From Squalus acanthias (lineage: Eukaryota): a DNA stretch of 64,000 nt. The stretch lies in contig CM059433.1 in NCBI GenBank assembly GCA_030390025.1, positions 13,952,001-14,016,000 of the forward strand, in the 5' to 3' direction. Below are positions 1 to 12,200 of the stretch, in pieces (within the stretch, counting starts at the first letter, position 1; every line of letters begins with the position of its first letter). A model generated the notes under the pieces. It searched no databases. It worked only from the letters and a program-made list of their open reading frames with translations, and was not told the DNA's origin. The position numbers and the translations under genes were made by a program.

Positions 1-361
1 CTGTCCTGGTCCGGCTGTAATCTCCTGCCAGAGTTACAGAGCTATTATATCAGAAGAGCTGTGGATTCTTGTGGGAGAGAACATTTAAAAACAAAATTTG
101 TACTTTGCAACATTATCTCTGCTCAGGAGTCAAAATAAAATATGTTTTGTACATAGCTGAAAGTTTGGAACACCTTGCAATAGAATATCCATTGAATACA
201 TCCAATGCAAACTGCAGACTGCTATAAATAATAAAAACTTAGGAAATTCTACAGGCTTATTCATGCTGAGAAGATTAATATTGTAGTGTTATTGTTATGT
301 ATGATATCTAAATGATACAACCACTGATATATATTTCTGACTTTTATGCTGCACATACAAA

Positions 362-683
362 GTGCAGTCCTTGAAAAAGTACAACATCCCCACCGACACC
401 TGGGAATCCCTGGCCCAAGACCACACAAAGTGGAGGAGAAGCATCCGGGAAGGCGCGGAACACCTCGAGTCTCTTCACCGGGAGCAAGCGGAAGCCAAGC
501 GTAAGCAGCGCAAGGAGCGCACGTCAACCCAAGCACCCCACCCACCCGCCCCTTCAACCACCGTCTGCCCCACCTGTGACAGAGACTGTAGGTCCCGCAT
601 TGGACTCATCAGTCAGCTGAGAACTCATTTTTAACGTGGAAGCAAGTCATCCTCGGTTCCGAGGGACTGCCTAGAAGAAGAAA
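362..683 (+). mobile_element. RTE (BovB-like) LINE 3' fragment
   Basis: ORF end TWESLAQDHTKWRRSI...CPTCDRDCRSRIGLISQLRTH followed by a (GAA)n tail. Confidence 0.85.
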
Positions 684-805
684 ACATACAAATACTTATT
701 TAAGAAGCCACTAAGTTAAAATGCTAAATCAAATTTACCAGGAATGCTGGATTGTTGTACTTTGAAAAATAACCCAGTTTTATGATTGACTGTTCCCTAC
801 GGATT

Positions 806-979
806 ACTGCCTGGAATTCCTGTGGGGTTCTCCAGCGGGAGATCGGTAGAACCCTCAGAGAAATGGCTGAAACCATTAAAAGAAAGGCCACTGATGCCAT
901 TTCTCCAGGGTTACCACTGACTTTCTGCCAAAATGACGGTGGGGTTATCAGGAGGTCGCCCACGGAATCTTCGGGTCCA
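806..979. mobile_element. Degenerate short MITE; a related copy lies near 9356-9490
   Basis: Imperfect terminal inverted repeats gcctggaattcctgtggg / cccacggaatcttcgggtcc. Confidence 0.45.
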
Positions 980-1829
980 TAAGTGCAAATGAGCTCAATC
1001 TTTTCACTAGAGAAACGTTTTACAAGTAAAAAGTGCAGAAATTTGCAGCACCTACCAATCAAAGTTGCGAATTATGTAACGAGTTTGAAAGTTAAGTAGA
1101 TACATGCACAAGTGGCAGGATAGTTGTCACTAACCTGTGAATGTTTGACCTGATTATTACCCTCTTACCTGCACAGTGCAGTGACTCCCGTGACTGTGCA
1201 AACGCTTCTGAGTTTATAAGAGAGAAGTTAATTTGATTTGATCGTGATAGATAATTAGCTGAAAGAAAATGTAATTTTATAATGTTTGCTTGCATGAACA
1301 ATTGCTCAGACGTTTTTCAGGATTATGGTATGGATATTTGAGGGTGCTCTCTAATCATCAAATTTGGAGAGCACTGTGCATGCTGGAACATATTATTTAA
1401 TGCAACCAAGATCATTGATTTTTTTACCGAGTTAATAACAGCTATGTCTATTTTGGTCACACTTGGTTACAGTCACCACGACTGTTGCATTTTTCATTCA
1501 AAATTCAGTCGGTTTCACTGGATTGACCATGTATGAACTGAATAAAGAGGATCATGAAGGATTAGTGAATTATATAAATTTTCAGATTACAGAGAGCTCT
1601 GCCTGAAAGACCATCTGTACAGTCAGACCACGTAATGTCTGTTCCAATAATAAAATATCAGTGCCAGGGGACCGTGGTTACGATTTTTCCTATGATGGAC
1701 AGGAGTGACTTTATCACCATCTGTAGTGGGTAAAAAAAAATTGCCAACCCAACCTCAGAAATTTAACACTTAACTATCCAGAAAAGAGAATTTACAATTT
1801 GTAGTATATCCATGTTATTAAGAGATAAT

Positions 1830-2533
1830 GGGCCGTTTTATGCGACCCCTACGGGTGCTTACGAGGTGGGTACGAAGCGCATGCGCTAAAACCCGGCACT
1901 TGCGATCTGTCAAGAATCCTCTTGACAGATCCTTCGCATCCCCGGGAGACGGGCCTCTGCGGGTGGAGAGTTGCGCTATTTGCCCAACTTCCGCCTGCTG
2001 AATGCCTATGAAATTCTTACGCCTGGAAAAAGCAGGTGTAAGGCCAGCTTTTACCAGCATAAGAGTTTAAAAATAAAGAAAAATAAAATTTTATCACTCA
2101 CTTATACATTAAAAACCCTGTCTAATAATGTAAGTTTATTTTTAGCCCCGTTAAAACAGATACATTTTTTTCAAAAAATTAAATTTTCATTTAAAATATT
2201 TAATTAAATGGCATTTTAATTAATTTTAAATATGTATTGTTTTTTTAATGTATTTCATGTGTTTGTGTATTTTTTAAGTGATCCCCATTCATACTTATGG
2301 GGATTCCATACGTATAGAACTCCCATAAGTATGAATGGGGATTCCCTTCTTTTATTGGTTGGGCTGGCGAACCGCCTGCGCCCCTGGGATACGTGGGCCT
2401 CTACCCGCGGGTACCCGGAGAGCCCCAGGATCGCAAGCCTCTGTACCTCCCGAGCCACCAGGTAAACATGTAGATTTTTTACAGGTCGGAGGCATCCGCC
2501 CGCGGGAAGTCTCCGATCGCAAATTTTGGGCCC
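1830..2533 (+). mobile_element. PIF/Harbinger-superfamily MITE, family A (GC-rich ends, AT-rich core)
   Basis: TIR GGGCC...GGCCC with AT on both flanks; homologous to 43023-43775 and 52532-53284. Confidence 0.8.
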
Positions 2534-2771
2534 ATCTGTGTACATTGAATAGACCAACTGTCCAAGCAGCAAACTTAATTTGAGTTGATTCTCTCTTGTC
2601 TTATCTTTCCTCTTATTTAATCCTCCCACCCACTAAAAACCTGTTCTTTTCCTCAGGCACAACAGCATTTGTTGGATACAGGACCAAGTATGCAACCTGT
2701 TCACTCCTCTCCACCAAGGCTGCTGCGTAAACTTGCTGCATAAATGAGGCCATATTTCAACCGTCTTTCAC

Positions 2772-3870
2772 TTCTTCTTCTTTCGTATGGTAGTAGCAAA
2801 GCAAATCAAATGTCAATTTCTAAGTCAGATATCCAGGCCAAAGCTTCCGGTGTAACAGCGTGGATATCTTGTAGGTTGCCTGTGAATTTCCTCTGAGGGC
2901 AGCGCTCAATGATAAGCTCCAGGGGCTGATTAGGAGCTCCACAGTCACATGATGGGGATGCTTTAATCTTCCATCTATGGAGAAGGTGGCAGCATCTACC
3001 AGGACCAGTTCAGAGGCAGTTGATGGTTGTCCACTGTTTGCGAGGAAGGTTTGATCCTTCAGGTTGTACTGTGGGGTCCTCTATAAGGAATCCATTCTGT
3101 ATGTCGCAGTTCTTCCAAGCATTTCGCCATCGGTCATCAAGGCTGAGGGGAGATCGCTGAAGGGCTTCGGCGACGGTCCAAAATGGCCGTCTAGATTTGA
3201 GACGGGTTGGTGGTCGGTTGTTCAAGTCGGCCTGGAGCGTGTCTTTGCTGGTGTAGCGGTTGTGTTCTGTGGAGACTGCATATTCGCGGCGTAGGTGTGG
3301 TGGTGCGATGCTTGCAAGCACGGGCAGCCATGGTGTTGGTGTCGATAAAGCGTACCGGTGATAATTCTCATAGTAGAATTCAGCTGGACATCAATGGATT
3401 TGACCTGCCGTCTCGATAGCCATGTCGGAGAGCAGTACTCCGCTGTAGAGTACACCAGGGCGAGTGCTGCCGTACGGAGAGTTTGAGCGTCTGCTCCCCA
3501 TGTGGATCCGGCGAGTTTCTGGATCAAGTTGACCCGACTCTTTAGTTTCTTCCCAAGGTTCTGGAGATGCTGTCTATATGACAGGGTGTGATCGAGCGTG
3601 ACTCCTAAATAGGAGGGTTTTTTGGCATGGTTTGCGGGTTTGGCCGAAGTCGCCATCGGCAGAAGTAGACCTCCATCCTCTATAAGTCACTGGTTAGGGT
3701 CTCTTCGGTGATGGACAGATTCATGTTTTGCGTGGCCAAGGCAATGTCATCAGCGGAGACGAACTTGCGGGACCCTGTTTCAGGCAGGTCACTGGTGTAA
3801 ACGTTGAATAACATGGGTGCCAGGACAGAACCCTGTGGGAGTCCGTTGTTCAATGTCCTATATCTGCTCT
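2772..3870 (-). mobile_element. Vingi/Ingi-like LINE, 5'-truncated and frameshifted
   Basis: RT motifs GLPQGSVLAP and ADD; YLGVTLD...KLAGSTWGADAQTLRTAALALVYSTAEYC; C-terminal CDCG knuckle; 3' end CCATACGA(AAG)n. Confidence 0.75.
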
Positions 3871-4860
3871 TCTGGGGAAGTTAGGAAGTGCTTTGCGTCT
3901 ACTCACAGCCTAGTCCAGGCTGAGAATACAATGTGGAAACCTGGAGGCTTCTCACCACCCCACAACATTATGCCAACATGTCTGTATGTTTGCGGCCATG
4001 CCAAACACTATTTTCTTATTTTTGCAGATGACGAACAACATTTCTGAAGCCTGACATGATATGACAGGACTCCAAGCTGTAGGAACAGTGAAGAAGGCTA
4101 TAGCTATTTACATTGTCGAGATAAGTACAGCTTCTGGTTGGACTTGTCTCTGCCTTTAGTAGCTCTGACTCATGAATTCGGTGATGAGAAAATGTGAACG
4201 TCATCTTAACTCTTTGCAAAATGACTCTCCTAAATAACCGCTCCTGTCTTCCTGGTGATCACACCCGGTAGAGGGGAAAGGGTAACACCTGGTGCTGATG
4301 GACTTTTGCCATTAATTATAGGCAGAAATCAGGACACGATGTGTATCAATGCCACTTCTGATTACCAGGAGAGGAACAATTATATCTGATCTCTCCACTA
4401 AGTCAACCTCATGCCGTAGCTGATCACTGGACACAAGTTTCACTGTGTTCCACTTGTCACATCAGAATTGATTCCCCTTTTCCCCCTGGAGATAATCGAA
4501 TTTTAATTCAAAACCAGGTTTGGACACTGTTTGCAGATCTGTACACGTTTTATTTTCTGGAGCAGCAGATCAGGCGCTCTCAAGGGATCTGGCTGCCACT
4601 TCACTTCCTGATAATCTTCTCGCTGCTTGTACCTGCTGCAGGTAGTGCCAAGTGATATGTACGGCAGTGGGAGATTGTTAACTAAACACTAGAGGGTCCC
4701 CTGATGTGAGCAAGCACATTGTGGCAACTGCACTCCAATGTCTCCTCTTGTATTGCTTTTTGTTATTCTTTGATGGAATATTCAAGCGAGTCTGGAAATA
4801 AAAGCAGCTAATTATTACCACACTAATCTGAGTATTTATTGGGACAGTACATCAAAGACA

Positions 4861-5508
4861 TGCGCCGAGGGGGCGCTAATGGGGCGCAAAGCAATTAGCG
4901 CCCAGGCGCGGCGCCGCTAACGCCTAGCGCGAAATTCAGCGGGAGGTTAGCGGCGGTGGTAGCCGGTAGCGCCCCTCAGCGCTGCGCCTCCGGCAATGAT
5001 GTCATCGCCGTGCGCAGCGCCCCACTCACGCCCTGGCCGCAAACTTCGCGCGCGCCCCCTGACCTACTGCCAGATGCTGGCCAGCGATAATTAAAGGGCA
5101 GGTGCCAGGCGGCCATTTTGTTTGGGCCGCCTGCCAGCACTTGCCTCCTCTTGCCTCCTCCTGCGGGGTGCCGGCCGCGATCGGTCAGCCCGCCACTCCT
5201 CTTGATTACAGACTGCTTTCCTGGCACCCCGCTCCCCGGTGGTCCAGCAGGGCCCCGGTGCGCGCTGCGCTAGGCCCCTCCCCTTTAAATCAGGGGAGGG
5301 AGGCCTGCAGTACCACGGAGCTACGTGCCGACGCGCGTGGCGCTGTTGCACGTGGCGCCGCGATATTCAATGGGTGTGCCCCAAGAGGGAGGGAGAGCGC
5401 TTCCAGTAGTGCCCCGCCTCCTGCTTGGGGCGCTAACATTCAATTTTGGTCGCGGGGGCGCTAACTTTTTCGTTATCGCCCCAAATGGGGTGCGAGCCAA
5501 TTTCCCCC
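4861..5508 (+). mobile_element. GC-rich Harbinger-type MITE, family B (left end incomplete)
   Basis: Ends in AATTTCCCCC; TAGCGCC/GGCGCTA subterminal repeats; similar to 7085-7709. Confidence 0.75.
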
Positions 5509-5916
5509 TCTTTGTATTTTAAATCCCTTTTCATTTAACATTGATAGATTTTTTTAAATTTAAGTTATAGCAACAATTAGTAACCTTTGAATTTATCCAT
5601 ATTCATCTGACTAACCGTACCATCACTTTCCAGAAAACTACTGTACCTGAACAGTCATTCTTCCCTTCACAGATGCAATTGCTGAGGCACTCCTTCCCTT
5701 CAAAGCCCCAGTGCACAGATGCACTCTTTCACCTGTATTCCCAAAGCTCCCCAGCTCACAGATGTTCACTCTTCCCCCCCCACCCCGAAACCTTCCAGTT
5801 TATCAAGGGACTCTCCCCCAACCCCCACCCAGACCTCCCCATTTTAGAGGTACTCCACCCAGTTGACGGAGGCACTCCCCCTAGGTTCAGCCCTAACAGT
5901 GGATTCAGGCAACATT

Positions 5917-6135
5917 ACATAGAATTACATCGAATTTACAGCACAGAAACAGGCCATTCGGCCCAACAGGTCTATGCCGGTGTTAATGCTCCACACAAGC
6001 CACCTTCATCTAACCCTACTTCATTTAACTCGATCAGTATATCCTTCGATTCCTTTCTCCCTCATGTGCTTATCTAGCTTCCCCTTGAAGGCTTCTATGC
6101 AATTCGCTTCAACAACTCCATGTGGTAGTGAGTGT
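5917..6135 (-). mobile_element. CR1 3' fragment
   Basis: catagaa...acagcacagaaacaggccattcggccc CR1 tail signature. Confidence 0.75.
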
Positions 6136-7084
6136 AAAAGTCGGACAGCCAGGTGGTGAATAATAGAATACTAAACCCTCATATTTAGTGGCTTACAAGC
6201 CTTCATTGACAGAGACACACATTACATGCTGTGCACCGTGCGTCCTGCACCGCCCGCCCCTCCCCCCGCCCCCCCAAAGATAAGCTTGCAACCCTTCCCC
6301 AGCCTACTCCCATATAAAAATATATGTGTACAAGTATTACAATAACTGACAGTGTTTCTATGAGCCAGAACTTCCCCAATGGCTCAGGAAAGTCCACGCA
6401 GGCTCATAAACAAGAAGCAGCACTGACAGGCGGTTCAGGGGGGGTTAGGGTGCTCAGCTCATCTGTGGCGAGAGAAGATGAGGTCCTCATTGCCTTACTG
6501 CATTGCTGCCAACGTTGGACTACAGTTGGCAGCAATGCAGTAAAGTAAAATGGGCATTAAATGCAGCAGTAAATACAATTTAAATCTGACAAAAAGAAAG
6601 AACACATTTCTTAAATCGGTATTAGCCTGAGCATAGTAACGCATTCCAATGGCAGACGACCACAGGTTGGGAACAGGGGCAAGGCTCAGGACAACTTACA
6701 ACTCCAGTTCAGAGGGTAGACTTGCAGCGCTGAACTTGATTCCTTTGGAGAAAAGACAGCGGAGGGAGAAGTCCACCTGAGTCTTAAAAATACTGAGCAC
6801 CACAGAGAATGAAGATAAAAGTAGGCTATTTCATAGCCTGTTAAGGGTTTAGTAACATGTAAATGCCGTGCAGAGTACACAAGAGCGTAAGAAAAGCCAA
6901 GGATAAGAGATGGCTATTCAGCTCATCACTCTACTACTCTAATTCACCAACCTAGTATCTGTGAAGACTTTGAATGTCCCTAATCTCTTTGACCTGGCGC
7001 ATTATAGTTTATTAAGTTATTATTCACTGTTTGAATAAAATTTATATCCTGATTTAACCTTGAATTGATGTTCTGGGATCACCT

Positions 7085-7709
7085 TGGGGGTGCTAATGGG
7101 GCGAAAAGCAACTAGCGCCCGGGCGCAGCGCCACTAACACCTTCCGCAAAATTCAGCGGGAGGTTAGCAGAGGCGATAGCCGGTAGCGCCCCACGGCGCT
7201 GCGCCTCCAGCGATTACATCATCGGTGTGCGCAGCGCCCCACTCGCGCCCCGTCCGCAAACTTGGCTCGCGCCCCCTGACCTGCCGCTGGACGTTATGTC
7301 CGACAGGGTCAGGGGGGTGTTCTTGCGGCCGGGGTGGTGATAATTAAAGGGCAGGTGCTGGGCGGCCATTTTTTTTTGCACCGCCTGCCCCCTCTGGCCT
7401 CCTCCTGCGGGGTGCCGGCCGCGATCCTTCAGCTCGGCACTCCTCGAGTGCCGGGCTCTTTTGCCAGCACCCCGCTCCCCGGTGGGCCAGAAGGGCCCCG
7501 GTGCCCCACCCCTTTAATCAGGGGAGGGAGGCCTGCAGTACCATGGCGCTACTTGCTGGCGTGTGTGGTGCTGCTGCGCGTAGCGCCGCCTCCTGCTTGG
7601 GGCGCTAAAATTGAATTTCGGGCGCGGGGTCGCTAACTTTTTCGGGGTGCTAAAAGTAGCGCCCTGGCGAAGTTATGGCCCCAAAGGGGGCGCGAGCCAA
7701 TTTTCCCCC
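7085..7709 (+). mobile_element. GC-rich Harbinger-type MITE, family B
   Basis: Paralogous to 4861-5508; ends AATTTTCCCCC. Confidence 0.75.
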
Positions 7710-7729
7710 TATACCAGTTAATACTTTGT

Positions 7730-8587
7730 GGGGGAAAAATTCTATTGCTTTGCGCCTCCCCTTCGTGCCCGGGCGCGGCGATGTTTGCGCCGCTCGCGAA
7801 ATTGACCAGACATTTTGCGGCGGCGCTAAACGCTACCACCACGATCTCCTGCGCCCACAGATCGTGACGTCAGTCAAGCGTGCAACGCCACGGTAGTGCC
7901 CCGGAGCGGATATTGAGTGGCGCCCCCTGCCTTACCGCCTGCCACTAGCAAGGGCAGGTTGAGGGGAGCGTTTTGCAGTCGGGAAGGGACTGGGGGAGCG
8001 CTATTTAAAGGCGACCGCTTCCTGACTTTTTTTGTCGGCGACATTTTTGAACCACGCATTATAAGAGAGAGAGAGAGAGAGACTTCTGGAGATATTCAAC
8101 GCTGTGTGAAGGAGTTTTGGGTACTGAGCAGCACTTTGCAGGTTCATTTTGATTTGTCCTTCCTTGCATCGATTTAGAAGAGACTATGGGGGCTGCACTC
8201 TGAGCTCTATCCCTGGGCCTCTTCATTGTTCTTTCCAGCAGATTTGATGTACAGGTCTCGCCAGGCCGAGATTCAAGGCTGCAATGAGCAGGGTGTGGAT
8301 GGAGAGCAAGATCGACTCTCCCCTTTAAGAACTGGCCGGGGCCATTGTGTCTGTGTTCCATTGCTGACTGACATCACCTGAGCTTCACCAGCGCTCTGCG
8401 GTAGCGCCTTGCTCCTCGGCATTAGCGTCTTAAGAGAGGTGTGTAGCGCTTGATTTAGCGCTCCAATCACCTCCAGGGGCAAGAGAAGCCAAGTTTGCAG
8501 TCGGAGGCGATAATTAGCGCCAGGCGCTAAACTTTGCGCCCGGCCGATAATGGCGTCCCAAACGGGGTGATCCCGAATTTCTCCCCC
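7730..8587 (+). mobile_element. Harbinger-type MITE, family C
   Basis: TIR GGGGGAAAAATTC / GAATTTCTCCCCC, 3-bp TSD TGT, internal (GA)n; second copy at 9691-10583. Confidence 0.88.
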
Positions 8588-8842
8588 TGTATTCTTCCCT
8601 AGCCTCTTTTGGCTTCATCCTTTGCTATTTTGACACCATTCATGCAGTGCATGTGTCATCTTTATTATTCCTACTTGCAATACTTTACAGTTGTCCGCAT
8701 TAAATTTCATCTGCTATTTCCTATTCTGTTATTTGTGAGCCGTCTCCTCCAACTCCACTGTTCCCCTTAGTTTGGTATCATCTGCAAATCTGACCAATTT
8801 GCATTGAGTTTGTGAATCCAGGGCATGATAGAAATTCAAAAC

Positions 8843-9031
8843 AGCAGTCGTCCCGCTGGAAGGAGCACTTTGAAGATCTCCTTAACCGAGACTCTGTCTT
8901 CGAAGTGAGTGTCCTCAATTCTATCCCGCAGCATGCTACCCGCCACCACCTCAGCACAACCCCAGCCCGGCATGAGGTTGAAAAGGCCATCCGACAACTG
9001 AAGAACAACAAGGCCTCAGGAGCAGATGGAA
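8843..9031 (+). mobile_element. RTE LINE internal fragment
   Basis: RWKEHFEDLLNR...EVEKAIRQLKNNKASGADGI. Confidence 0.8.
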
Positions 9032-9497
9032 TATTGGTGGATCCCCAAAAGAATTTTCAGATCTTTAAATTTAAGCATTCAACTAGCCCGAAAGAGGCAA
9101 ATAATTCAATGTACCATTTGTATGCAAGAATGAAGTTTTCTGAGAGCAGAAGCAAGATTCGTTCTACTGAGAGAGAAAACAAATTTCAGAAGGAGGAAGA
9201 CAATCAATTCTACTATACAAACTCAGAAGAACAAGGTTGTATGAACTCCTGGAATCATCATTAAAGCTATAGGCTATCAGTCACAAGCTAACTATTTTTA
9301 ATATATCCAATAGATTTGCTATTCAAAGCTTGTAATTTGTCTGCTGTGCACAATTGCTGGGAATTTTGACAGGATTCTCCTAACTGACCACCGTAACTTC
9401 GGCAGACGATTGGTGGAAAGCATGGATAGGCATGTAAACTGGGTTTCCGCCAGTTACGGCGGCTGATCGAGGAAATTCCTGGCGGGAGTCTAATCTA

Positions 9498-9630
9498 AAA
9501 AAAGAAAAAAAAGACTTGCATTTATATAGCACCTTTCACAACCTCAGGACGTTCCAAAGTGCTTTACAGCCAATGAAGCACTTCTGTAGTGTAGTCACAG
9601 TTGTAATGTAGGAAACATGGCAGCCAATTA
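9498..9630 (-). mobile_element. DeuSINE (SacSINE1-like) 3' fragment
   Basis: Matches the 3' end of 13563-14016. Confidence 0.75.
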
Positions 9631-9690
9631 AGGTGAAAGGGTTAAGAATTTATCTGGTGTTCCTGGATTAATATTCCTTAAAAGGATTCT

Positions 9691-10583
9691 GGGGGGAAAA
9701 TTCAGTTGGTTTGCACCTCCCGTTAGCGCCTTAAGAGGGCACTAACGGGGCGCAAAGCAACTAGCACCCGGGTACGGCGATGTTTGCGCCACTCGTGAAA
9801 TTGAGCAGACATTTTGCAGCGGCGCTAAACACTACCGCCACGATCTCCTGAGCCCGCAGATCGTGATGTCAGTCGAGCGTGCAATGCCCCGGTAGCGCCC
9901 TGGACCGGATATTGAGTGGCTCCCCCTGCCTTACCGCCTGTCGCTAGCAACGACAGGTTGAGGGGAGCGTTTTGCAGTCGGGAAGGGACTGGGGGAGCGC
10001 TATTTAAAGGCGACCGGTTCCTGCCTTTTTTTTCGGCGACATTTTTGCACCACGCATTCTGAGAGAGAGAGAGAGAGACTTCTGGAGAGATTCAACGCTG
10101 TGTGAAGGAGTTTTGGGTACTGAGCAGCACTTTGCAGGTTCATTTTGATTTGATCTTCCTTGCATCAATTTAGAAGAGACTATGGGGGCTGCACTCTGAC
10201 ATCTTTCCCTGGGCCTCTACATTGTTCTTTCCAGCAGATTTGATATACAGGTCTCGCCAGGCCGAGATTCAAGGCTGCAATGAGCAAGATGTGGATGGAG
10301 AGCAAGATCGACCCTCTCCTTTAAGAACTGGCCAGCGCCAGTATGTCTGTGTTCCATTGCTGACTGACATCACATGAGCTTTGCCAGCGCTCTGAGATAG
10401 TGCCTCGCTCCGCGGCGTTAGCGCCTTAAGAGAGGAGTGTAGCACCTGATTTAGTGCTCCAATCACCTCCAGGGGTGAAAGAAGCCAAGTTTGCAGTCGG
10501 AGGCGATAATTAGTGCCAGGTGCTAAACTTTGCTCCTGGCTGATAATTGCACCCCAAACGGGGTGATACCGAATTTCTCCCCC
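9691..10583 (+). mobile_element. Harbinger-type MITE, family C (copy 2)
   Basis: Same TIRs as 7730-8587 and aligns with it along most of its length; left end shared with family B. Confidence 0.88.
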
Positions 10584-10639
10584 TGTGGGTTTACCAATCC
10601 CAGTGTTCTTAAACCATCTTCTTTATTAAGATCATGAGA

Positions 10640-12200
10640 CATGAGCAAAAATCCATACACCACTGCCAAAGACTATAAAAGTCACCTTGGCCCTCCAATT
10701 TCTGTGCATCTGGCTTTGTTCAGTCTAGCAATGGTGACATCTGCAGTCTCAACCAGTTACCTATCCATAGATGTGTCAAGGAAGTCACAGGTGCATTATT
10801 TAGCATAGCCAACAACTTTAGCACCTTCACCACTAACCAGCAAGAACTGTATGTCCTTGTGCACCAGTCGCTGAAGGTAAGCATGCAGGTGCAGCAGGCG
10901 GTGAAGAAGGCAAATGGTATGTTGGCCTTCATAGCGAAAGGGTTTGAGTATAGGAACAGGGATGTCCTGCTGCAGTTGTACAGGGCCTTGGTGAGACCAC
11001 ACCTTGAGTACTGTGTGCAGTTTTGGTCGCCTTATCTGAGGAAGGATGTTCTTGCCATGGAGGGAGTTCAGCGAAGATTCACAAGGCTGATACCTGGGAT
11101 GGCAGGAATGACATATGAGGAGAGATTGGGTCGATTGGGCTTGTACTCGCTGGAGTATAGAAGAATGAGAGGGGATCTCATCGAAACATATAAAATTCTG
11201 ACAGGTCTGGACAAACTAGATGCAGGAAGAATGTTCCCGATGGTCGGAGAGTCCAGAACCAGGGGTCATAATCTAAGGATAAGGGGTAAGCCATTTAGGA
11301 CAGAAATGAGGAAGAATTTCTTCACCCAGAGAGTGGTGAACCTGTGGAATTCTCTACCACAGAAGGTAGTTGAGGCCAAGTCATTAAATATATTCAAGAA
11401 TGAGTTAGATATATTTCTTAAAGCTAAAGGTATCAAGGGATATGGGGAGAAGGCAGGTACAGGGTACTGAGTTTGGATGATCAGCCATGATCTCATCGAA
11501 TGGCGGAGCAGGCTCGAGGGGCCGAATGGCCTACTCCTGCTCCTATCTTCTATGTTTCTATGTTTCTATGAAAGGGCAATACACATCTACAGATCTTCGG
11601 GATTTCAGGATGCCATTGATTGTACCAATGTTGTGATTCAGTCCCCCTGTGCAGAATGCTTTGCCCTATCTGAGCCAATTGGGATTTTAGTCTCAGTGTC
11701 AAACTTGGTATGTGATCTGCAGCTCTGAATGCAAGGCTTCCCAGGAGCTTTCAAAATGCTGCCATTTGAAGGCTGCATCATCCTCATTTGAAGGGGAGGA
11801 AAGAGTAGAAGGTTGACTCCAGGGACAGCAGAGCTACGCACCGCATCCTTTGTGCCAACAACAGACAAAAGCATAGTGCAAATTCATTGAAGCTCATCCT
11901 ACAACCATAGAGCTATTGAACATACCATTTTTTTCTTAAAGCTGTACTTCAGATGTCTTGACCAATTGGGGGCTCCTCAGCATTTCATGAACAACTGTTG
12001 TCCGCTGCCTGCTCCTCAACTTTACCTTGCAAAGAGGCCTCACTATGAAGGGCAAAGAACAGGATACTAAAGCCATGGAAAACAAGAGGGTGAAAGTGAA
12101 AAGCAATAGCTGCTAAACCAGTGATGCAGCATTAGTACCTGATGTATCAGCACTAATTCAAGATGGCATCCTATGAGTGCCAGAGCTGTCCCATTTCAAA
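10640..12200 (+). mobile_element. Old Harbinger (HARBI1-like DDE) transposase remnant, split by a CR1
   Basis: KVTLAL...ASGFVQ...IHRCVKEVTGALF before the CR1 and ERAIHIYRSSGFQDAIDCTNVVI after it; many disablements. Confidence 0.7.
10852..11570 (+). mobile_element. Young CR1, 5'-truncated; intact ORF2 C-terminus (203 aa)
   Basis: LVRPHLEYCVQFWSP...RGDLIETYK...FFTQRVVNLWN; (TTCTATGT)n tail; near-identical to 57196-57913. Confidence 0.95.

Noticed and set aside
1588..1633. Plus-strand exon-like stretch after ttttcag
   Set aside because: Weak donor, no recognisable peptide, antisense to SNTG2
4861..5508. CpG-island promoter or bacterial contamination
   Set aside because: Repeated at 7085-7709 with Harbinger-type termini
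5660..5800. Spaced repeats (cacagatg) as a CRISPR-like array
   Set aside because: About three short degenerate units in C-rich low-complexity DNA; no cas genes; eukaryotic context
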